In this document: positions 20,162-29,200 of the stretch, piece by piece
How positions within the stretch are numbered: the first letter of the stretch is position 1
Layout: each line of letters opens with the position of its first letter
NCBI GenBank assembly: GCA_032718475.1
Contig: JAUCBJ010002567.1
Location: 1-32,217 of the forward strand
Source of the DNA: Nemertoderma westbladi
Taxonomy: Eukaryota; Animalia; Xenacoelomorpha
DNA length: 32,217 nt
Direction: 5' to 3'
Notes under the pieces: generated by a model
The model's input: the letters and a program-made list of their open reading frames with translations, nothing else
The model's database searches: none
What the model was told of the DNA's origin: nothing
Position numbers and translations under genes: made by a program

Positions 20162-20368
20162 AGCGAGGGGGGCTGGGGTCAGTTTATAGTGGCACGTTAT
20201 TCTAACCAAAACAATAAACGAACTCAATAGAACAGGTTCAACTTTTATTTATCAGCTGTTATGTCGATTTCCCCTTTGAGAGGGATGTATTTTTATTGTG
20301 ACGAGATTGCCCCGTGAGTACCTCCATCATCAGCTCTTTGGATTTTATTTGTGATAATCAAGGCCAAA

Positions 20369-20638
20369 TGGCTCTTACACACTACATGCGCCACTTTTTA
20401 TATGGAAAGAATACAGCGTTATTTTACTTGGCTGTCTTGGGTTACTTAATGGCTTGGTTTTTGGGATGTTTTGTAGGTACTGGCGGGGATATTAGGTCAT
20501 GAGGCTCTAATCTATGATATTTTGTGGAATTTTTTGCTATTGGCTTTTTGCAATTTGGTTTGGGCCGCCACTATTGAAACCTGCGAGGCCCACGAGTACC
20601 ATGAAAAAGTGGCGCCTCTCGTGTGAGCCGAACTCCCC
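20369..20638. mobile_element. Possible MITE relic
   Basis: Imperfect inverted repeats GGCTCTTACACACTACATGCGCCACTTTTTATATGG (20370-20405) and CCATGAAAAAGTGGCGCCTCTCGTGTGAGCC (20599-20629). Confidence 0.45.
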
Positions 20639-20779
20639 AGGCCAAAGTTATTGACACTAAGCATATTTTTCTATATTATTTTTTTATATTCTTTTTTATA
20701 TTATTATATATTTTGTGTATCTGATTCACACTTAGTAATTGTTTTTGAAGTAAAGTTTTAGGGGACACTTTATCTTTTC

Positions 20780-21250
20780 GTTGGGGTTTTCGTTGTCACT
20801 GAGTTCAAACCTGATTTCAGTTTTAAGTTTGGCCAAATCTAGACTGTCTGGCTGTCGGAATGTCTGTTTGTCTGTTGTTTAGTCCATCAAAATATAATAA
20901 AACATAAGAAATTTCTAACAGTTTCGCTACGGGGGTTTTCCTGGTCGGTGATTTAATTTCTGATGTCAGTTTTGATTTTTGGTTGAATTTTGTCTTTCTA
21001 TTTATTAGTCTGGCTGTCTGTCTTTCTGTCTGTTCGAATGCCGGTCAACATGTCATATCTCCAAAACTAAACGACGTTGAAAAGTCATAACACACATTCT
21101 GATTCGCCATTAAATTCTGCATAAGAATCGACAAAAATACTGTTTTTGCATTTTTTTATCCTAAAAAAAGGTAAAGCTAAGAGCTTGGCTTTACTTTGTA
21201 GAAACACACGATAACTGTGGCATACGTGTAACGGCCCATAACCACAACAT
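20780..21250. mobile_element. Possible degenerate DINE-1/Helentron-associated-like repeat
   Basis: Two copies of GGGGTTTTC..GTC..TGA.TT.A...CTGAT.TCAGTTTT (about 20783 and 20931), each followed by a TCTGGCTGTC/(TGTC)n tract. The family assignment is only a resemblance. Confidence 0.35.
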
Positions 21251-21795
21251 TCACAAAAACTGCTCGATCTCACTCGACTGTTGTTTTGAAATTCGTTATT
21301 CCTTTTGAACAGAATATTGCATTGTGTTTTCCAATATTTACTCAAATAATATTATCAAAAAAACGTTTTACAACAGTCTACGATGAATATATCATATGTA
21401 GATCATTTAATTTCGGTCTTGTGAAGGTGCTGTTTACCGATTGTGCTTTACATTTCCGCCAACGAACATTTGCGTTATGGTTGAAGGAGTTGCCGGTCAA
21501 CCCTCCGGGTCAACCACACATTCATGTCGTCGGAATCTTTCCCACTATCTTTGGAGTCTAACAACACCACTTCGAGTGATTCTTATTCTTTCGTTTTTCT
21601 TCAAAATCAATTCAAAATCGCACGACATTGTTATCTAAATAGGATTTTAAGCAATTTAGACTGTCTAAGTACACTAATAAATAATCGTGATTTAGGTTGA
21701 ACTTTGTAGTTTAATCCTTAATTATTTACTACGTTCACTGATATTAAATACGAAATAATTGGGTGTGTTGTTTACTGTTCACCTTCTTTATGCAG

Positions 21796-21982
21796 GTTAT
21801 TGACGATTGTTTGAGGAAGATCAGCCAAGGTGCCAAGGTCAATATAATGATAGCGAGTCATAACGAGACTACAGTGCAGTATGTGGTTAATAGAATGGTT
21901 GAGTTAGGTATAGATCCGGGATCGGGATCCGTTTACTTTGGTCAACTTCTTGGAATGCGAGATAACGTGACCCTCACATTAG
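21796..21982 (+). CDS. PRODH: Proline dehydrogenase, penultimate coding exon
   Basis: tgcag acceptor; VIDDCLRKISQGAKVNIMIASHNETTVQYVVNRMVELGIDPGSGSVYFGQLLGMRDNVTLTLG (ASHN and FGQLLGM signatures); TTAG|gtttgt phase-1 donor. Confidence 0.93.
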
Positions 21983-23496
21983 GTTTGTTTTTCATACGAT
22001 AATACGTTTAATAATAATCGTCGTAGTCCGACAGCAGAGTGATTAACCGTGCAATTGTATACCCATAAAATGTAGTCCACAATACCATACTAATCCATAT
22101 TAGGGAGGGTGTCGCTCTCTCAGCCTTGATAAATTTGAATAAAACGTGACCTTCGGGTACGTAACGTAAGGGGAAGGCATGGGCAGCATTTATTAGTCTG
22201 TCCAGGATTTGAAAGTCCCATAGAATAAAACGGTACCGCACGGTTTGATTATTTAGGGCAGCAGTAGTTCCAGTACTCTTATATGGGAGTCCGTCCATGC
22301 TGGGCTCTAACTGCAGAGGATACAAATCTCTGGATGACACTTTAACAATAATATAATGATGCTATGGTCCAACGCGAACTTACTCATGTCCAAGCCGCTA
22401 GGGGGCGTGTGAGCAGTAGTCTCGAGGACGTGGTACTAGCGGTTGTTCCCCCCGAGGTTATTGACCCGGTGGATCTTGCAACTGCAGACGATTCTAGGCC
22501 CATTTTCTGTAGGTTTGAGTACCGAGGTCGGGCAACCGATCTGTTTGTGCGAATTTGCGTGGTCTCATACCAACGTTGTTGGTTAGTTCGTCGGTCAGTT
22601 CGGTTTATTTTCACAACATACAAACATAATATTCATTACAAGATTATTTGTCCCAAATGTTCATGCATCTAACGTCGTGTATTCATTCTCTTGTTCCTTT
22701 GTTACTGGGGGATATGTTGGACACACTATCCAACACCCTTTTGACGCGTTAGACAGCACCAGGATGGGACTTCTAAAGATTGTAGTGAACAAGGCAAGAC
22801 TGTACACAACCACATCATGACACACCGTGGCGAGCCCAATACACGTTGACTCACAGACTAGCGCGAACTATTTAAACATTTAAAAGTAATTGCACGGCAC
22901 CCATTGTGCCTGTTCTGCAAAAGCTTGAAATCTACTTCGCACGCGCGCGCCTTTTATCAACAAGGTGAAACGTGATTGGCGCAAGTTTGCGGTGCTGCTT
23001 CCCAGTGGATAGTCCATCAGTGGATACTTCACACTCTAAATGTCATTTCTCGGCTTGGTTTCCTGAGAATGCCTTCCTTCCTGACACGTGATGCGAAACC
23101 TACCGGTTAGCTGACTGCCGTCAGCTGATCACCGACCGTCTAGGTCCAGTTGCTTTATGGTTTTTTACTTAACTTGCTTGACAATTAAAAAATAATGAAA
23201 GAAATAATGTTACTATAAAATGAGTAATAATATAATAACCAATTCATATTAATGTTTCTTCAAGTTTTTCACTTCAATCTATTAGTAGTATATTATTTTA
23301 TAAAATGATATGGTGGTATTGTATGCATATTGTTATGGTGTAATCATATTTTGATTGTTTCATTCATAAATGAAACAATATCACATATTATTGTACTTAA
23401 TAAAAGCACACAATTAGACACAAAATAATATATTAAGCTTGCGTTGCTAACATTACCTAAATCAAATGTGCTGTCAATGAAAATCTATATATCTAT

Positions 23497-23795
23497 CTAG
23501 CAATGGTTGTCATGGTAACTGTGACTGGAAACAAGTTCAATGAACACACTATGTATGATATAGAGGGGGTATGTTGAAACATCATAATATAGTCATAGAA
23601 TGCTTAAGTCGCTGGTTGCTATGATAGACTACAGTAGTGTAGTTCCCTTAGCAACGGTTGTCATAATAACTGCGGTTCAATACGCGATATACTGAGGGAA
23701 TATGTTAATACCAGAAACGTATAATGCATAAGTTGGTGTTTGCTAAGACGTGAACCGAAGATTACTGCCCCTAGCAACGGTTGCCAGGGTAACAG
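23497..23795. promoter_or_regulatory. Cluster of RFX X-box-like motifs in a degenerate triplication
   Basis: GTTGTCATGGTAAC 23506-23519, GTTGCTATGATAGAC 23615-23629, GTTCCCTTAGCAAC 23642-23655, GTTGTCATAATAAC 23657-23670, GTTGCCAGGGTAAC 23780-23793. Confidence 0.5.
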
Positions 23796-24157
23796 TGATT
23801 TGATAATGAGCTCATTCAATTCGCAAACATTGGATTAGTCAAGTTTGGCGTAAATCCTGTAACCATTGTGTGTTTAAAAGGTGGCAGCTGTAGGTATCGG
23901 ACAAGAAATCACGGTTCACCAAAATCTATGCATTTTGCTGCCGGACTATCTGACTATAATATTGTCATTTGTAATTTTTATTACACCGGAGTAAGTAAAC
24001 CTGTACAGTATTTTTCCCATTTTTCTATATAATGGAAAGAACCAAAACACTAAATTAATTTCCCTTTCTATTTTTATCCACTTTCCATTTTGAAACGTTT
24101 TCTCATCCTTTATCATTTTTCCCCATTACTGATTGGCAGCCGCACCTTGTTTTAAAT

Positions 24158-24585
24158 CAAGGACTTCTAGAACATAGTAGTTTATTTCTAATGTTCTAGA
24201 ACATAGTAGTTTATTTCTAATGTTCTAGAACATAGTAGTTTATTTCTAATGTTCTAGAACATAGTAGTTTATTTCTAATGTTCTAGAACATAGTAGTTTA
24301 TTTCTAATGTTCTAGAACATAGTAGTTTATTTCTAATGTTCTAGAACATAGTAGTTTATTTCTAATGTTCTAGAACATAGTAGTTTATTTCTAATGTTCT
24401 AGAACATAGTAGTTTATTTCTAATGTTCTAGAACATAGTAGTTTATTTCTAATGTTCTAGAACATAGTAGTCTATTTCTAATGTTCTAGAACATAGTAGT
24501 TTATTTCTAATGTTCTAGAACATAGTAGTTTATTTCTAATGTTCTAGAACATAGTAGTTTATTTCTAATGTTCTAGAAGTCCTTG
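24158..24585. repeat. 29-bp tandem repeat x14 bracketed by 18-bp inverted repeats
   Basis: Unit TTCTAGAACATAGTAGTTTATTTCTAATG from 24165 to 24570; ends CAAGGACTTCTAGAACAT and ATGTTCTAGAAGTCCTTG. Confidence 0.95.
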
Positions 24586-24626
24586 TAGTCAAGGTTCTAT
24601 ATAGAGGAATTATTAACATATTCCAG

Positions 24627-24853
24627 GCCAGGCTGGTTACACTGTTGCTAAGTACGTCCCATACGGGCCAGTTCTCGATGTTCTTCCCTATCTGTCGCGC
24701 AGAGCCTTAGAGAACCGAGGTTTGGTACACCAATCTGTTGGCGGAGACTACAACATTGCACGAGCCGAACTCTTTAGGAGAATGTCACAACCGTTCAGAC
24801 GACGGAGACGGAGAAATAACGATACTGGTAGTAGTGATAGTAAATTTGAGTAA
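24627..24853 (+). CDS. PRODH: Proline dehydrogenase, last coding exon (not in the ORF track)
   Basis: ttccag acceptor, phase matches the previous exon. (G)[74 protein letters not shown]; KYVPYGP...[10 protein letters not shown] signature. Candidate AATAAA at 25102-25107. Confidence 0.95.
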
Positions 24854-26236
24854 TATTTGGGTCCGGCTTACATCATGTGATTTAGCCGGTTACTTTGTCA
24901 CCAACGAACAATATTGTTCCCAATGTGATCGGCATGTTTTAGACTAGCGGAGGTGGTGGAAAAATATGTTTATTAATATTATAAGTGTAAATATGTGAAA
25001 ATAATGAGAACTTTTATAATAATTATTATATTTGATTTAGGTGGCGTTTACAATATAATAAACGTTATGCCACATAGAATATCTGATTTAGCTATCGGTG
25101 AAATAAAGTTGTAGTGGCGACCAGCAAAAATATTTATATATTTGTTGGTATTAAATCTATGATGTTCAACCAATATAAACTGACATTATTTTGTGATTAT
25201 TCCATAATTGTGTGAACTTATTGTACTTTGTGGTAAATTTGGGCTACTATTATGAATGAATTTGTTATGGAATCAGTTTTTAATTTGATCAAGAATTCAT
25301 CGAGATAATTAAAATATTCATAAAGCGTTTTATATTGTATGTTAAGGATAGCGTTTCTAAAACATGGTAAAATAAAGCAATAAACCGTGGTAAAATAAAG
25401 TAATATAGCAGTAATAAAGGATGTTAATAGAATATAGATGCAAATTGTGATTGTGAACATTGCTCCCAGTTAGTTTAAATTTCTACGAACTCTTACTCTA
25501 CTACTCTTACCTATCATGTCGAACCACTCGGATTGGAATAAGTAATTCTTTTGGGAATATTATTGAATGGTGAAGTAAATAACTAAATTTAGTAGGTAGA
25601 CTGTAGCTTCCATGGTCGTATTATAGTATGTCATGTTCATTTTTTACAATTTATTAATGTGGATGCAATGTTTCATTACAGTGTCGATGAAGTAAAGATA
25701 AATGTAATGTCTTATGAAAATATATCATTATTTATTTATTCTCTAATATAAACAAAGTGTTTTAGAAAACAACTAAAATATGATAATTGTATTAAAATAA
25801 TGTGCACAATTATTTAACGAAAGTTTATCAATGTTTATGGATAATTTAGCACATAGCTGAGAAACGCGAGATGGACGAAATTTTTTTTGCAATTTTTTGC
25901 AAATTTTGTATTTTTACGCGTGCAAAACAATGAATTTATAAATTCAAAAACTAAACCAAATTATTAGTAATTTGTCCCGTTTCATCCATTAGAGCAGAAA
26001 CAATAAGTCACGAGTGACAAAAAGTCCCTTGCACGTTGGAAGTATTTACATTGTCAAACATGATAACTTTCGCTAAATAACGTATCGTTTTATGTGTCAC
26101 TAAAAGAAAGTGGTGCGTTTTTTAAACCAACAGCACAACTTTATGACTCATCGCGAGTATAAATGTATTATTCAGTTCGATGTTACCACGGTTACCACGG
26201 TCACAATTTAATAATTGATTACTAGTAAACTACGTT

Positions 26237-29200
26237 CTACTTGAAATATTGTTTGTCCAGGAATGAAATGGCCTCATCGTGGTAAGTTTCTGATATCACA
26301 AATGCGAGACGTTTGTCCACATCCGGCCTAAATTCCTCTGTGCAGAAAGTTACTTCGAGTTTTCCGAAAGCGACTGCCTTTGTGAATCCGGGAAGAAAGT
26401 CTGGACTGTTGGCTACTTCTTGCGCCATGATGTAATCACCTTGATTAGGAGGCCGGAACTTTTTAAATGTTCCGAACATGTGAGTTTCCTCTTGAGTTTC
26501 GAAGATTCCTTGAGGCCATTCGATCACATAGTGATGACCTGTGGCCAGACGTTCTCGCACCAAACCGAATTGATAGCAGCCACCATCCTCGGACTTTGCT
26601 AAAACAGCTGTTCCTACTAGTGCTTTTGAGCGATCATCAATGTAGTCTTTATCTTCCTTGTACTTCAATTCTTGTATTGGATAGCAATCATCAACATGAA
26701 CAAGTGCCTCTGAATCATCGAAGAATTTGACATGTGCTCTCAAATCGGTTTGTAATTCGATTAGCTTGGCTGGGGCGTATCTTTCTGCCATCATATCGCC
26801 TGGGTACAAGGCCACAAGGTACTGGGTAGTCAGATCTTCCTCAATTATCTCTAGAATATCCCGTCTGTTAACTTCATCCTTGTTGCCCCATTTATCCCAA
26901 ACTAGGTAATCATTGGTGGAGGTTTCACATACTATAGCACCTCTGTAATACCAGCCATCAACATGCCAACGCGAGATTATCTCTGTGCCAGGTACCAGTG
27001 TTGCCCTTTGATTTGAGTTTGGCATAACTACTCCCATTTTTATTCTGGGATCAATCTCGGTTACACTCATTCTCTTTCTGTGCATTGGAATTATGGGAGT
27101 ATAATTTTCTTGTTGTATTTTCCTCCCATACTCAGTCAAGTCATCTTGCACTGACAACCATATATCCTGTTGGAACTTCATCAGGCCTTCAAGGTATCTA
27201 ACTCTGCTGTGTAGATCTGGCATTGATTGGTATTTCCGTAGACTTAATTCTCTGTCATCTGATCGTTTCATTGCTGTTGATGATGCACCACTTGTATCCT
27301 TTCTTTGTAACTGTTGAGGCATATGGGGCTCATCCCTGCTTATAGTTGATTTTGTTTCATCTTCTGAATCAGTTGAAGCATATGATGAATTTGATGACAG
27401 TTCATGATCCTGATGATATTGCTTATCATCCCATTGTTGTCCATGTGATGACAATAATGCTGTTGTGAATTCTCCACTAGTGTCCCTTTCCTGCTTTGGA
27501 GTTTCAAATTGTTCCACAGGTGACACTTCTGTTTGAGTAATTGTGTCTTCAGTTTGAGTTGTATAGAATTCAATAGGGGATCTTACAGTTTCTTCAAATG
27601 ATTGTTCTTGTTGGGATCTCATTACTTCTTCGTCTGGTGTTGGTGTTCTGATCTTGAGGGTTTTAGTATACTGGTCCTTGTGAAGTATTTGTTGTTCCAC
27701 AAGTTGCTCATTATGGGCCTGTTCCCTTTCTAACTCTGGTTCTGGCGAATAATATGGAGATTCAGATAAAGCAGATTGTGTTGATGGCCTGGATATGGAG
27801 ACTATTGGGGAGTGCGATCTAGATCTCGAGGTTGTGTAAGATTGCGATTTTGTGCTACTTTTTGTCAATGAAGTTGTTCTACTTCTTGATTCAGACCTGT
27901 AACTTGATTCAGAGTAGGAACTGTAAGACAAATCTGATTTTTTGTTGGGTGTTAATATCTGTTTTTTACGCCTGTTAGATTTTGTTGTTTTCTCCCAAGG
28001 TACTGGGTTCAAAGGTCTATCATCCAGCATATCAACTTTTGCAATATACTTGATGGTGTTTGAAAATCTGAGTTTTCCAATTTTCATTATATCATGCCTA
28101 GAAGGTGTTAGACGTTTTCGTTTTGATGTAACTACAGTATAAAGTTTGGGTGGTGCTTGCAATGGATCTGGCAGCTTGGAAACTATACAAGGTTCATACT
28201 TTCGAGATCGTCCACCATCTCTAGCTAAGACAAAATCACCAACTTGCAATTGTGGAGCAGCTATAGATCCTGAATTTGGTATGATATGTTTGGTGGCGAT
28301 TGCGCGAAACTCATCTTCATAATATTTTCTGGAATTTGGGCTATACTGGAAGCGAACTGTGGCATACTCTGGGCTGTCAGCCTTCATGACATGGGCTGTA
28401 TAATAATATCCATCATCTGGATTTCTGGCCAATACACTTAGCCCCTTGTTGATTCCATATATCTGTTGATGGGTTCCAATAACATTGTTCTGTAGAGTTA
28501 ACCGACTGTGGCGGTTTTTTGCTCCTTTTGTCACTGCTGTCCTTGGTCTAGTAGGTGTATCTTTATCTCTCAGTTTTCTATTCTGTATGGCCTCTTTCGA
28601 TTTTTGTCTATTTTGCTTCACTAATTCTCTAAGCTCACCACTTTGACAAAGAAACTTTTCACCTAACTTAATTTCATTTTCTAAACCAATAATATCCTCC
28701 TCTGAAACAGGCCATTCTAGCCTTTCAAGTGAATCCAAAAGAGCCTCCCGATTTTCCAAAAATTGTATTGGCAATTCAGACCTGTAATTTTCTTGTTCAT
28801 CTTCTGATAAGGCATTCCAAACTATTTTATTTAGGCGCTCCTTAAATTCCTCTAAAGCAAATTTTAAATTATCTTCATATCCCTCCAAATCAACTCCCAA
28901 TGGATTTATAAGTCGAATTTCATGATTATTTGCACTGCTTGTATGGCAAAGTGGTAAAATATTGTCAAATACTTTTGATACAACATACTTATCAATGATG
29001 GGGACATACTTAGCTTTGTGATGAACCACACTTGGTTCTAATGCATCAATGACTGTTAGCTTTTGAGCCACAAGTCCATATTTAGCCAGCCATTTATCAG
29101 TGGGCATATTGAGGTCATATCTACTTGCATCTCTCCGTTTCCTTCGTGGTATCTGTTTCTTTGTTACTGTTTCGACTGTTTTGTCATGGGCCTTTAACTG

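Noticed and set aside
22540-22620. Minus-strand AATAAA...AACA followed by TGGTATGAG as an LTR end plus primer-binding site
   Set aside because: No second LTR, no gag/pol similarity, and a poor match to a tRNA 3' end.
15950-24585. 88-bp and 29-bp arrays as CRISPR arrays or retrozyme tandems
   Set aside because: No unique spacers, no cas genes, eukaryotic context; no CUGANGA plus GAAA core in the units on either strand.
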